DNA from: Protoeuglena noctilucae
Lineage: Eukaryota
DNA length: 64,000 nucleotides
Direction of reading: 5' to 3'
Assembly: GCA_958009085.1 (NCBI GenBank)
Contig: OY253683.1
Coordinates: 558,001-622,000, forward strand
Positions within the stretch are counted from its first letter, which is position 1, and each line of letters begins with the position of its first letter. Positions 13,422-26,771 of the stretch are shown piece after piece. Position numbers and translations under genes: made by a program. The notes beneath the pieces are model-generated. The model saw only the letters and a list, made by a program, of their open reading frames with translations. It was not told the DNA's origin and did not search any database.

Positions 13422-13652
13422 ACGGACTCTGGCTGCTGCTGCCGACTGAGAGACTTGCAACGCCAGGGGGCATGACTTTGCGTCGGGCTTTTGGAGCCCC
13501 AAGCGTGCCATTTGCTTGCACCTTTCACCTTCACGTCCGCCATCCCACGGGGGCATCTACCTCCCCGGTTCTTTCTAACTAAGTCCTCTTTTGAATCCAA
13601 CCCCAATCGTCCTCAGCAGCACGGCGACATGCACAAACGGGGGCGCCCAGCG

Positions 13653-14592
13653 TCATGCTTCGGCTGCCTCCTCCCCCGCCCCCTCGCCAGCCGCCTCGGC
13701 GGCAGCCTGAGCCTCCTTGGGCCCGACGACGAACTCGTCAAACTCCAGGTGGCTCATGTTGACGTGCTCGTTCGCCTTGACCTTGTGCGTCTCCGTCACA
13801 TCTTCGATCTGGGAAACGCGCGGGGCCGGGGCGACCTATTCGCCGTGAGATCGAGATCGCCACCAGCACTTCCGAAGCCAGCAGCCGTGCCCCGCCCCCG
13901 CCCACCTTGCCCGTCCCCACGTCTTTGCGCGTGTCGACCGTCAGGCGCATCGTCCCCTTGAAGAACTCCACCTTGGCGTTGTGAAGGTGCATGACCTTCC
14001 CCGGCTGCACTTGGTCGACCTGGATCCCTCGCGTCTGCAGCACGATGACGCCCGTCGCGTCCCCGACGAGGTTCTCGGCGATCCGCAAGGGGCCCAGCGT
14101 CGCCGTCTTGGGCTTGTTCACCACCACGTTCGTGCTGACGACCTGCAGGCGCAGCGCAGGCCAGAGAGGTGTCAGGGAGCGAACCGCGCGCCGGCAGGGC
14201 CCGGCGGATCGGCCGGAGGCGCGAAAGGTGTTGCCTGCCCAGCGACGTCGGTTTACGAAGACGCACGCGGCGCAGGTGAGCTGCCAGGCGCCGCCCGACC
14301 TCTCCGAAGCGACCCAATGCCGCATGAGCGACGCGGGTGTCGCTCGCGGTCGCCGGCGCTGCATCCCACAGCCCCGGCGTGTGCGCGCCAGCAGGGGGAC
14401 GCGTCCGTGATCCCCCGCTCCCCAGGGAGGTGCGCACCCCCACGGCATTCACAAGTGGTCATGTCTGAGCGCCCGGGGCGGGACAACGGGCCCCCGATCT
14501 GCCGCGGTCACCTGGACGATCACCTCCACGTTCTCCATGCCCGGGCGCAGATCCGTCACCGACTTGACCGAGGTCGTCATGGTCGCCACCAT
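13653..14592 (-). CDS. Small OB-fold nucleic-acid-binding protein
   Basis: Three exons: MTTSVKSVTDLRPGMENVEVIVQ|VVSTN...LVGDATGVIVLQTR...LHNAKVEFFKGTMRLTVD...GK|IEDV...NMSHLEFD. Matches the plant/protist single-OB family pattern. Confidence 0.85.
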
Positions 14593-15142
14593 CAATCCAG
14601 GCAGCCCGCCGGGACAACCTGAACCCCGGGTCCGCGACTGCTCGTCGACGTTGCGGGAGGATCCGTCGTTTCCTCCGCTGAGAGCACCCCGGCTCGGATG
14701 GGGTCGGCGAATGAACCGTCGGGCATCGCGGCGGGCTGATTTCACACCGCCCCAGCTGCCAGAGCCCTACCGAAGGCCTGCCAAAGGCTGCGTGGATCGC
14801 CACGACGCCATCGTTGTCCAGACACGTGATTTATGACGCATGCGAACGTGCAGCGCATGCGCGGTCCGCAGTCCCAATCAATCGGGCCTAAACCAGGTGA
14901 ACCGTTTCTCTTTCAATTCGCGTCTGATGCCGCGGTTTCGACCGAGATTGGGTAGCTGGCGTGTGAGACAGCCTTCTCAGGCAGCGCGTCAGGCTACCTT
15001 GCCTGGTTTTTGTGCAGCATCGACGACGCGCCCGCCCCCTGCTCTTTCGCAGGTTTTCTCGCCTCTTCAACGGGCATCGCGCGAGAGTTCACGCCAGGCT
15101 GCCACCATCGCGTCATTAGCGTCATACAGAAGCCCCGCGAAC

Positions 15143-18100
15143 ATGGGTAGCCCAGGATTGCGCGGGGGGCGCACGCTCGTGCTCGTCATGCTTGCCTTGG
15201 CAGGTGCGTTCCGGCTGCCACTCCTTTCGCCCTGTCGTAGCTCCGGGCATTCGCGCACTGCACGTGGCACTCCCTACGCTCCTCCGTCGCAGCGATTGTT
15301 CGCGGGGTCGCAACAGACGAGACGTCCTCGGACCCCGACGTTGACAGCGCGGTGTGGATGCTGTCCTTCCCAAGGCGAGAGAGTCGTCCGGCATGCAACA
15401 CGCACAAGCTCGCAGTGGCGCACTCTGGGACGCCAGCCCCTTTTTGAATGTAACCGCAGTGGATTCCTGGCACATGTCTCGCGGGGTCTGTGCAGCGAGG
15501 CAGAGAGCGAGGAGGTCACGGACTTCGGCGGCACTTGCTACCGGACCATTTCGTTCCCGTCCCAGCACCTGGTGTTGGGGTCCTTCTCCCACGAGGACCT
15601 CCAGGTTGGTGGGGTGCCGCATGTCACCAGGCGTCAACACCGTTCCTGTCACGGCTGCCAACTCCCTGAGGTCCTGTGTCCTCGTCTCAGGCGATCCTCG
15701 CGAGACACGGCGGCAGCATCGAGGCCATTCATAGGGATTCCGTCATTCAGCTCGATGGCCTCGACGCGGTGGTGGGGACCGACGAGCGAGCCGATGCAGG
15801 GCCTGAAGCCAGCGCAACAGAAGCGGGGCCTGCTCGGGGTCTCCGGACGGGGGTACGTGCCCTTTTGCATGCCACATGCAGCGTTCCCGATGGCTCGCCA
15901 CAGGGATCTGTCAGCACCGCTAGCGCATGTGCAACTCCCCGTCCCTTCGGCGCTCAGGCATCCCGGCACTGGTGGCTGGACGTCATTTCCGGAGGTGACG
16001 AGGACGCACTGACTTCCTTGGCGGGTGCGGAGACGCCCGTGAACGTGTACGTGCTGGACACGGGCGTCGACGCAACCCACCCCGAGTTCCAAACTGCGAG
16101 CGGCACACGGGTCAAGTGCGCCTATTCTGTCGACGCCGGAGCGACCACGGGGCCAGGTGGGGAGCGACACACCGGGCCTGTGGACGCTGGTCATCAGCCT
16201 TTGCACCAACTCTGCCCGGTCGTCCCTCAGCTGGCCCCGCAAACAATGGCCACCCTCTCGCACGTCCAGGCGCTATGAACCGATTCCGGGACTGTGACGG
16301 GCACGGCACGCACGTGGCGTCTCTGGTGGCGGGAAACACGGTGGGCGTCAACCCCCACGCCACCGTCTACTCCCTCAAGGTCTTCCCACAGTGCAGCTCA
16401 CAGACGTCGGCATCCAACTTGCTCGGGGCGCTGGCGTGGCTGGAGTGGAACTTCCGCCCCCCGGGGGTCGTGGGTGAGCCAGGGCACGATGATGCGGCGC
16501 GAGCCGAGGTGGGCACATGTACACGCTCGCCGAGTTAGTGGGTGTCATACCAATGGCTGGTCGTGGTCGATCGTCCCGCAGTCATGTCCATGTGGCAGCC
16601 CAACGGAAACGAGCTGGTCGCCCAGGCGTTGCAGCGGCTGATCCAACTGGGAGCCGCCATCGTGGCGGCAGCAGGCAACAACACCACCTCGTACAGGTAC
16701 CAAGGAAAGCGGCGGCTCCAAGTCTTGCGAAGGCTATGTGCCGATGGCTGACACTTTCTTTTCTTGGCTAGCTCATGGCGGCGCAGGAGGTGGCCACGCC
16801 TGCAGACAGTTTCCCCACGCCAGCCTCGCCAGCCCCGCAGGACTCTACTCATGCTCCGGCTTCCCCTCGGGCATTCCCGGTGTCATTTCCGTCGGGGCAC
16901 TGGACGAGAGGCTGCGGCGCTACTACCGGTCGAACTGGGGCCCATGCGTCCACCTGCACGCCCCCGGCGTCGACATCCTCGGCGCCTCTGTCGCTCAGGT
17001 AAGAGCAGCTCAGCCTCGCGCCGTTGGCCTGGCGCCCGTCCGCACCGCCGCCCGTGTCGACGCGAGGCTCTCATCTCCTGGCCCTCAGTTCCATGGTTAT
17101 GAAAACCGGACCGGGACGTCGCAGGCCGCCCCGCTCGTGGCGGGGCTGGCGGCTCTGTACCTCGCCCGGTTCCCCTTCGCGTCGCCATCCCTCGTTGCCT
17201 CGGAGCTCGGGGCCGCAGCAGCAGGGGGAGTCCTCCGAGATGACACGGGCATCAGCATGCAAACGTTGGTGACGTCACGCGGCAGAACAAAGCTGTCCCT
17301 CCAAGGGCAGGGAGGCTCCCCACCACGGGGACACAGCCAGCCTTCCGTGCCTGGAGTAGCCGGCCCGCGTTTCCTGCGCGCAGTTCCCCGAAGCCCGCTT
17401 CGACGGCACTCTCCCGCCCGGGTGGATGGACATCAGCGCGACGCCCAACCGCGTGGCCTCGCCCATCCGCGGCGCCATGACCCTGACGCCAGGCAGCGTG
17501 GTGCTCCGTTCGGAGGGGACTTCTACGTTCACTGTGCACGTCGCCCTGCCTGTGGAGGACGACTCTGCCGGGACGAACACCCGCACCCTGGCGCTCAGCG
17601 TGACGGGGTGAGGCAGCTCTGGCCCCACGGGAAGAGGAGCAGGAGCGCGCGCTGCTGATGGTGAAAGGCCGCTTTGCAGGCCGCAGCTGGGATTCTAACA
17701 GGGTGGGTCAGTTGAGTCGCTTGCAGACCTGTCGGCTGGGACGGGAGCGAGGTGGTGGAGGCGGACACGGCAGCCGTGGAGTGGGTCAAGGAGAGGGACT
17801 ACCACTGCGACGCGAATGTGACTGTGCGGCAGGCCCTGGGCTCCACCTACGCTGTGGAGTTCCAAGTCACGGACGCCCAGGCGAGCGTAACGTGGATGGG
17901 ACACTGTCTGGAAGAGCCGACTAGAGACCCAAGCGTCGTGGTATAAAAATCAGAGAACCTTTACGCCTCCACTCCCGCACAGGACCCCAACTTCCGGGCC
18001 ATGCAGACGTTGGCGGTCCAGGACCTGCGGCCACCCGTGGGCGACGCTGTGGCGAGCGCCCGCGTCGTGAAGGCGCTGCCCCTGCAGACGCTGACCAGCA

Positions 18101-18465
18101 CGGCGCCGTTCTCGGCCACGCTCCCGTGCGCCACGGCCCCGGGGGCGCCGACGATGCAAGGCCCCGAAGTGGTGTACGCGTTCACCCCATCAGAGGACGT
18201 GGCAGTCGAGGCGTCCACGTGCGGATCGGACGTCCCCACGGCCCTCGTCTTGCTCTCGCGCCATCCCGGAGGTGCAGGCCCCGCGACGTGTTTCCTGCCG
18301 TCGTCCTCGGCCTGTCCCCCAGAGTCGCCTGCCAACGGTGTCCGGCAGTCGGTGAGCCTCTCCGCGGGCGAGACATACTACTTCGCCGTCAAGACGTCAT
18401 CGGACGACGTGGGGGTCGTGTCATTCAGCCTGACGAGTCCGCTCGGGTCCGTGTCATCCGCCTGA
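15143..18465 (+). CDS. Secreted subtilisin-like serine protease (S8, proteinase K/aqualysin-like) with C-terminal accessory domain
   Basis: Signal-like LVLVMLALA; catalytic Asp VYVLDTGV, His DCDGHGTHVAS, oxyanion Asn AAAGN, Ser GTSQAAPLVAG; also SNWGPCVHLHAPGVDI. Confidence 0.92.
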
Positions 18466-18682
18466 CTGGCAGAATGCCCCGGTTCAGCGTCCCTGGAGTC
18501 AAAAGACGTTGTTCGTCACCGTGCACGTACGCAGTACTGACGGTAGAATAGCGTCGTGGTCGCCATCGCGCGGATGTCTGTGAATCGCGACTGAAAAAGT
18601 GCTTACTTTGTCGAGACTCTGCTTGTGGTCGAGGATAGCTGGCACGTCTTGGGATATCCATGCCGATATCGTACGTTGACAA

Positions 18683-19292
18683 ATGCAGCTGGCGGCCGCC
18701 AGGACGCGCCTTGGCGTGCGCGTGTGGGCCCAGCGTCTGCTCGACATCGTGAGGGGCTGCGAGAGGAGCACGGCAAGCCATCGCAAGCCGTTGAGATGCA
18801 TCGCGGCTCGACGCATATGTACTGTTCAACGTGCGATCAACCGCAGGGCCAGTCGACCCGGGCGCCAGGTCTCGGCGCGGGCGTGTGCGGGGAGCCCTGT
18901 GCCGATGCTGCTGGACAACGAGGCGCAGGAGCAATTCCTGCGGGGTTTGAAGAGCTTCGCTGACGAGTGAGAAAAGGGTGGATATTATGGGCGCCATGGC
19001 TTTCCATTCCCCACGCTGCAACCACTTCAGCTGCCGCGGACGCAGGGCGAGGGAGGGGCTGGACGGTTTCCCGCCGGTGAGCGTGCCGGTGAACATGTCG
19101 GGAGTCGATCCCACGTCTATACTAGAGGCCGGCAGGCAGTTCGCGGCCCAAAGCTGGGAGGGCTTGCAGTCCAGCTTCCAGTCCTTATCGCTCTCCCCGG
19201 ACCCCGGCGCTGGGCTGGGGCTGAGCTGGATGTTTTACATGGCGTATGGTTTCCTGGCCGTCGTGATCTTCACACAGAGCCCCAGGCAGTAG
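18683..19292 (+). CDS. Small hypothetical protein with C-terminal transmembrane helix
   Basis: A GT-AG intron at about 18967-19030 joins the two ORFs in frame; hydrophobic end WMFYMAYGFLAVVIF. Confidence 0.45.
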
Positions 19293-19458
19293 CCGATTGT
19301 TAGCACGAGCACCGCGTGGGGCCTGAGCCACCTGACACCAGCGACACCTGAAGTCTCCATGCACGCCTACGCAAGCTTCACCAGTGCAGCGCGCCGTTTG
19401 ACCCGGGCAGCCGCAGAGCTCCAATCGCACTGCAGTTGCGACCGGGGAGCCTCGCGCC

Positions 19459-22400
19459 TCAGATGGCCTTCTGCGCCTTGAGCGCGTGGCGGAGGACCGC
19501 GAGGTTCTGCGTGACCTTGTCCCGGTTGCGTGGCTCGAGCGTCAGCTGCACGTCGTCCATGACCTTGTCCAGCGCGTTGCGCACCGTGGCCTGGCGCTCC
19601 GGCCGCTGGGACGCCACCAGCTGCTCCTTGACGTCCTGGAAACCGCGCTCGTTCAGCAGGATGAGGGGCAGGACGGGCCGGCTCAGGCTCCACTGGTTCG
19701 TCACGTCCTCGAACAGCGTCGCCTCCAGCAGCGCCCTCAGAATGGTCGGGAGCGCCGTCGGGTTGTCCTGCGCCACACCGGGGCCTCCCTCACCGATTAC
19801 ACGCCCTCAAGCCCGCATCACTAAGTCAGGCAGCCGCCCACAGCCCGGGGCCCGGCAGCGCAGCACTGGTCCTCGCCTGCAGGTGCGTCCCCAGCTGCTG
19901 CGCCTCCCTCGGCACGTCCTGCTCCTCCACGTCCACCACGTCCTGCCCCCGCGTCATGGCGTTGAAGTAGAAGGAGAGGAGGCTGTCGATGGCCGCGGCG
20001 CACTGGCTGCTCACGTTGGTATCCAGGGACTTGAGCCCCGCCTCCAGCGACCGCAGCAGGAACCGGAACGTCTCGGTGTCCGCCGCTGCCATGACCCGCG
20101 TGTGGTTGTGGCACAGGACCTGGGAAGGGGCAGAGGCGAGACGTGGGTCCGAGCGGCACAACAAGGGATTCAATGCCTGTCGATCCCAGAGCCCCGGGGC
20201 GCCGTCGCTGGGCACCGCACCTCAATCAACTGGAAGTACGCCTTGCCGACCTTGCGATAGGCGAGGATGCTGGCGAGGGGCACGAACAGCGCCATCTTGA
20301 GGGCCATCGAAAGAGCGTCCGACAGGGCTGCGGGGAAAGCGAGAGGGTGGTCCTGCCAAGGCGCCCGACTGACGCGGGCGTGACTGGCGACGCGCCTGCC
20401 CAGCCTGCGCCGCACCGGGGTCCCCGTACAGGCCAAAGACGCCGAAATTGACGTAGTTGCCCGCCAGTGCCCGGTGCAGGATGGTGAGGCAGATCCAGAT
20501 GCCCTTGTATCGGTGCGTGTAGACGTCCGAGCCCTCAAAGGGCGTCAGGGCGTGCCTGCGTCGCAGCACTCGAGCTGTGTTTGTCAGCAAGAGCACCTGG
20601 CAACCCGGAGCGGTAGCCCTGCGTTGTCTGGAGCGAGCGAGCCACAGCGGGAGGGCCTATTGCATTGCGCATCGCGTGCCCCCGCGTGCCTCTGCGACTC
20701 GCCTTCCGTACGTGACGAGGGCCTTGGACACCTCGCGGAAGAGGAGGATGCCGCTGGCGGAGCTGGCGTCGAAGGTGATGCGCTGCGTCTTGTTGGACGC
20801 CATCTCCGCCAGGAACTTCAGGAGCGGGGTGGTGACGTCGGGGACGTCCGCAAAGGCCTCCAGGCTGCGGAGGATGATGGGGAAGCGCCGGGGGTAGAGC
20901 CAGTCGAACACGGCCATGTAGGTGCGCCTCGAGTTGGTGGCCGACACGATGCCCCTCAGGTCGCGGAAGAGCCCCGACAGCGTCTCCTTGGGCACCGCCT
21001 GGCGAAGCGCTGCGACCGTGGGGCCCTCCTTCTCTATCGCCAGAAGGAGCCTGCGGGGGAGCACGGGAGAGAGGAATCAGCACTAAGGGTTCACTCAATC
21101 AACGGCATCGCTCACGCACGCCGCCAGGGCCGGAGGCGTCTTCGACACGACCGCGTCGCTCATGCGCGCCGCCAGGGCCCAAGAGCCCGTTCACCTGTGC
21201 AGGGGCAGGACGAAGGTGCGGAACTTCCCGGGAGAGTCTTCGAGGAAGAGGAGGCGTGCGAGGGTGGAGTAGTAGAGCGTCCTCCAGCGGCTGTTGGAGG
21301 GGTCTTTCAGGAAGCCAAAGTAATCCGCGGTGTGGTTGGTGAGGATGAACTGGGAGCCCTCGAGCTTCAGGAGGAGCTTGCCACTCATGTACCCGTCGCT
21401 CAGGTCCTTGAACAGCTCCAGCGTTTGCCCGATCACCGTCTCGCTCGACCTGCGGGCGCGTGCGGGCGTTGCGGTCAGGGTGGAGCGATCGTCAGCAAGG
21501 GTCCCAGTAATCATCTCAAAGCCCTGCGCGCCCGTCCACCTGTAGGACTGCAGGTTCTTGGCGATCTTTTCCAGCATGACGGACAGGACGGCGAGGTGGT
21601 TCTGGAGGCCCAGGCGCTCGGTGAGTGCCTGGTAGACCTTGCTGGCGTGCATGGCCTGCTCGCCCACGTAGACCTTCCGGAAGCCCTGGAAGAAGGACAG
21701 GATGGCGGCGTCCAGGCGCTGCCGGGAGGGCTCGGCGTACCGCGTGGCGTGGAATCCGGCGTCGCAGCTGGTGAGGAGGACGAGCACGGAGGAGGCCAGG
21801 GCGCCGTCCAGGGGCTCCTGGGAGTCGGCGGCGGAGCTGGTCAGGCGCCCGCGGATGACGGCGCCCACGATGAGGCAGAGCCACGTCAGCTGGCCCTCCA
21901 CCAGGCTGGCCTGCTCGGGCGTGGCCCCCGTCTGCGCCATCTGCTGGTACTGCGTCACGACCGGGCCCATCACGCCCTGCAGGAACGCCGCCGCCTTCTC
22001 GTACTGCGGGCAACGATGGCGGGACACGTCTGGTCAGACAGAGGGGCCCCCAGGACTTGCACGGCAGGGTCAGGCCCCCGCCAAGTCAGCCCCAGCGCTC
22101 GCCTGGAACCGGAAGAGGAAGGGCAGCGTCTCCATTTGCTCCGCGATCTGCTCCTCGCTGTCCAGGGGGTCCTCGAGCACCGCCCCGCCCAGCACGGCCG
22201 CCACGCTCTCCAGCCGGGACTGGACATACCCCTCGACTATGTCAGGCACGAAGCGGTCGAGGAGGGAGGGGCGGTCGCCCTTGAGGTACGGCACGCTGGA
22301 CACGAGCCGCGACCAGAGGCCGAGGAGGTAGAAGATGCTGGCGGCCGCCCACTGCCAGCTCTGCAGGGACGAAACGGTGAGCTTGGCCACCAGGGCGATC

Positions 22401-23903
22401 CACTCGGGGTAGCAGTCCACGGCCACGATCTCGCCGAGCTGGTAGTTGGTCTTGAGGCGCCCCAGGAGCCGGCAGAAGTTGTGGTAGTTGTCGTGGTCCC
22501 CCAGTCCCTGGCTCGTCTCCAGCACCCGCAGCGTGCTCTGCACCAGCGTGGCCACGAAGGCCTGCCGCTGCGGCTCGCCGGAGAAGAGGCTCCGCCGCAC
22601 GGACGCGAGACGCACGAGGCAGTCCAGCGCCGTGCAGCTCAGGGGCGGGGAGGCGGCCGCATATAGGTCGAGGAAGAGCGTGATGAGGGTCGTGTCCTCG
22701 ACGAGAGGGCGCCAGGACGAGGGCACCTGGATGGCCCCCGTGTCCTCGCTCGACTCGTCCACGCACGTCCCCACAAAGTCAAAGCTCAGGCACGCCTGCG
22801 CCAGGCCCAGCTGCGTGCAGGGCAGGGAGGGCGGGGCTGCTCTGCCGGCGGATGGAACCGCGGACAGCACCGGCCCGTGGGGTAAGCGCCGACTCGCTGC
22901 AGGCTTATGGCGGCCACAGTGGCTTGCTTTGCGAAACTCAGCCTCACCAGGACTTCCCGCATGGCCTGCTGGGAGGGGCCGGACTGGTGGAGCTGGCGGA
23001 GGTACTGCACGGCGAGCTGGAAGATCTTGAGGAGGGCGAGATCTCGGAAGGACACGGCGACCTTGCGGTGCTCGGAGAGGGACCGGTTGGGCGTGGGCGC
23101 GTTGACCTCGTTCACCACGTGGGTGAGGAGGCGGAGGCCGAGCATCAGGTGAGGCACGGACCCGGAGTCGAGGAACTTGGACGCGTCCTCCACCACGTGC
23201 CTGTGGCGGTCGTCCTCGAACCAGCCCAGCTTGGTGATGCGCGCCAGCAGGGTGCACGTCTTGGTCACGACCCACGCCTCCATGGACGGGCCCTTCGTGG
23301 AGATGACGTCCAGCAGGAACTGGCGCAACTCCGCGCGCATCGACACGGTCATCGGCTGGTCCGACACGAGCCGCAAGAGGCTCGAGGCGACCATCATCTG
23401 GGCGTACGGCGAGGACGTGCCCCGGAGGATGGCTTGGCACTGTGGGACATAGTCCAGCGATTGGGAGAAGACCGCCAACGACGTCTCCGCCTCGGCGCGC
23501 ACGGCCGGGTCTGCGCGGGCGAACAGGAGGGAGCGTGGGCAGAGAACTGGTGCCGACCGCAATCCTGGCGACCCAGGGGCGCACGCGATGCACGAGGAAT
23601 GACGAGGCCGGGCCATACATCCTGAACGAGTCATCGAGGGGACCGCCCCGTCTCCACGGCGAGACGGAGCGGGGGAAGCTCCCCGACGATGGGCCAGTTA
23701 CCAAGCCTTCTCCGCAGCCCCTCGCTCAGCGGACGCGGAGCGATGACAGGCCCCCGTATTGAGACATTGCCCCCGGGATCGGGCGCATGGCTCCCCGGGA
23801 TCGATGAGAATGGCTCACCATGGGCTACGTAGAGGCGTTCGCAAGCAACCTCCAGATCCTGAAGGCTTGCAAACCCGTTTCCGTTCTGCATCTCTCCCCC
23901 CAA
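19459..23903 (-). CDS. XPO7: Exportin-7 / Ran-binding protein 16/17
   Basis: LEVACERLY, ITKLGWF, HRKVAVSFRD, CLSFDFVGT..DESSED, LVRLASVRRSLF, NYHNFCRLLGRLKTNYQL, RITFDASSASGILLF, NQWSLSRP, NRDKVTQNL; about 10 introns. Confidence 0.95.
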
Positions 23904-24547
23904 TCAATCAGAGAAACCCCTGCGGGGCTCCTCACGGCGCAGGTCGTCCTCTCGGCTGCAGCATGCGTCCCCTTGCGACCCCCTCAAGAAAAGACGGCCA
24001 TCTCGCCGCCCGCCACCCGATCTCCGCGCTGGCCAGTATCTCGCGCGGCCAAGGATCAGCTGTTTGAACGCCCGAGTGTGCGACGGAGTAGTGATGCAAC
24101 CATGCGTCCGATACAACCACGCGTCCGCTGTCTTCGCACGATTATCAATCAAGTCTCGGCGAAAGAACCAGAAGTGTGTTGTCTTGACGTCAGTGCCAGC
24201 AGGGTAAGCCGGGTTGCTCGGAAACCACACAAGCTCGGGGGCCACCGTCGTTGCTCCAAGCCCTCGGGACGAAAGGTAGTCGGCCAGGGGAGAAAGGGTC
24301 TTGTCGCGGCTTGGCTCTATTGCATTTCGATACCCTGCGCCCCAGCGAGGCCTGAATAGGTCCGGCCTGGCTGTAGGCCGAAGCCTTTGCCGCTTACCGA
24401 CAACCGGCACTTGTCTCGTCTTTCCTGGGGCGGGGGCTGGCCTGAGCGGGCTGCGGCTCATGCGGGCCTGGAGCCCCGCGCTGCCACCCCCGCCGGGCTC
24501 GACGGCGCCGCATTTGCCGGCCTACCTTCTGCTCGATGAGAACAAGA

Positions 24548-26771
24548 TGCCATCAGAGGTTCGAGAACAGGTACGCGGCGCTGGACGGGGCGCACGCCGC
24601 ACGCCCGCCTCGGCGCTCTGTGCAAAAGCCTGGACCTTGATGCGCGTGCGCTTTGCAGGAGGCGACAGCAGCACGTCCAGTGGAGGGGGAGTTGGCGGAA
24701 GCCCACGTGGATGTCGAGTCTGCACCAGCGGCCGCGGGGGCAGAGGGCATCAGGGCTGTGGGCGACGGGGGGGACGCCGGACCACCTTCCATAGGGGGCG
24801 TCATTGCTGCCGGGGCTTCGTTGGGGATGCGTGTCGCAGGGGGACTCGGCCGCGTGGCCCTGGGCCCGCTGCGGCTGTTGCGTTCCGCGCTGGCGCCGCC
24901 GGCCACGCTCGCTGCCAAGGTCGGGCTGCTGGCGGTAGTCCGGGCGGTCGGGGGGGGTCCCGGTCGCGTGCTTCACGCAGCCGCGGTGCTGGTCCCCCTG
25001 GTGCAGCGGGCACGCCGTGGGCGGGGTGGGCTCCCGTTGCCAGGGCATCTGGGAGCCGCGGCGGGCGTGGCGGGGGCGTTGCTGCGGGACGCCCACGGCG
25101 CCGCGGTAGTCTTGGCGGCACTAGACGCCGTCGCGCGCCTGCGCCGGGGCGCAGAGGCGGCTGCGTCGCCCCGCACGAGCGACGACGGCTCGCTCGCAGC
25201 GGGCCCGAGCAAGATGGCCCTGCTGGTGCTCAGCTACAAGCACGTGGTCCAGCGCCTCAAGCGCCGCCTCGCCGCGCTGGGGGCTGTGCTCCCCGCGGAC
25301 CGCTTCGACGCCACGGACGCCGAGCTCGTCCGCTTCTTGGTGGCGAGCGACCTGTTGGCCAAGGCATCCAAGGAGGACCAGATCGACGCCGTGGTCGATG
25401 CAGCAGCCAAGGCAAGGCGGGGTGCCTCGCGTCGTGGCTGATTCAGGCGTGCAATCGCCGAGGCAGAGGATCGGTGCGCCCCGTGCCCCCGCAGCGCATT
25501 TTGGACGCGGTGGGCTGGCGGGAGGACTATCCGTTCATGGGCCGCATGGGCCGCAAGCGTTGGAAGCGCTACGTGCACTACCACAGGCGCGACAGGGCCG
25601 GGCGCCCGGTGCTCTTCGTGGACTTCGACCGCGCCTCCCACGAGGTGCCTCCCTCGGCCACGAGCGAGCTGGTGCGCGCCATTCTGTCCCAGGTCGAGTA
25701 CGGCGTCAACACCAAGCTCGGCGACGGGGCGCACCGCTCGGAGCAGCTCTGCGTGGTGGTCAAGTGCACCGAGACATCCATCCTCAAGGCCAACCGCATC
25801 CTCTCCATCCTCCGGCCCACGGTCCAGGCCCTCCAGCGCGCCTACCCCGAGCGGCTCGGGGAGCTCTTCCTCGTCGGCATGCCTGGCGTGATCGGGGCGG
25901 TCGTGGGCATGGTCAAGCGGCTGCTACCAACGCGCACACAGGCGACCACAGCGCAGCTCCCATGCTGCGTGACGCGGCCCTGGCGCGAGGCGCGTTTGAC
26001 GCCGGCGCACGTGTCTCGCCCGCAGAGCAAGCTTTATCTGGTGAACCAGTTCGACCCGCGGCTGCCGCCGCTCCCGGGCGTGGGGCCGGGGCCCAAGCGG
26101 CACCCGGCGACACCTGGCACCCCGGGGGATCGCGATCGCGCAGTGCAGACGGCCGCGTCGATGCCCATGCGGCCTCGGGGGAGCATCGCTGCGGCGGGCC
26201 CCTCGATGCGTGCGGCGCTTGTCCCGGGGGTTGAGGCGCGAGGTGGGCAGCGCAGCGAGCGGCCAGACACACAGGCGGGCCTGAAGGCGATGCGCAGGTG
26301 TAAACGATAGCCGCTTTCCGCGCGCAGAGCGCCGCGCCGGCCGCGCCGCCACCTTCAACGTGCGCCTGCGTGGGAGCACCGAGGCGTCGAGCTCCCGTGG
26401 CGCCCACCGCCGCCTGTCCTTCGACGATCCTGCCGTGGTAGCCAAGCATGTGGACGACACGGACGAGTACAGCGACGCTCTTGAGATGGACGGGGTGGGC
26501 CCCAGCAGGCAAGCTCTGCGGGTATACAGCCAGCTGGATGCATGGTGGGCTTGCGGGTGCGAACCGCAGCCGTTGTGTTCGCAGGGTGTTCGGCTCCCGC
26601 GCCCAGGGCCCCCACACGGACGGATGGCCTTCCGCCGGGCCACACAGCCACGAGCTCCTGGCGTGGCAGGTCCACGCGCTGGACGTGGGCCGCACAGGAA
26701 TCACTGCGTTTGCCATGGGGCTCCTCTTCTATCACATCGCCATCCAGATGGGGCTTCATCTCGGAGGCTGA
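24548..26771 (+). CDS. CRAL-TRIO (Sec14-like) lipid-binding protein with probable C-terminal TM anchor
   Basis: DAELVRFL, DRAGRPVLFV, LQRAYPERLGELFLVGMP...VKRLLPTRTQ|SKL; final exon GITAFAMGLLFYHIAI reached through a GC donor at 26509. Confidence 0.8.
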
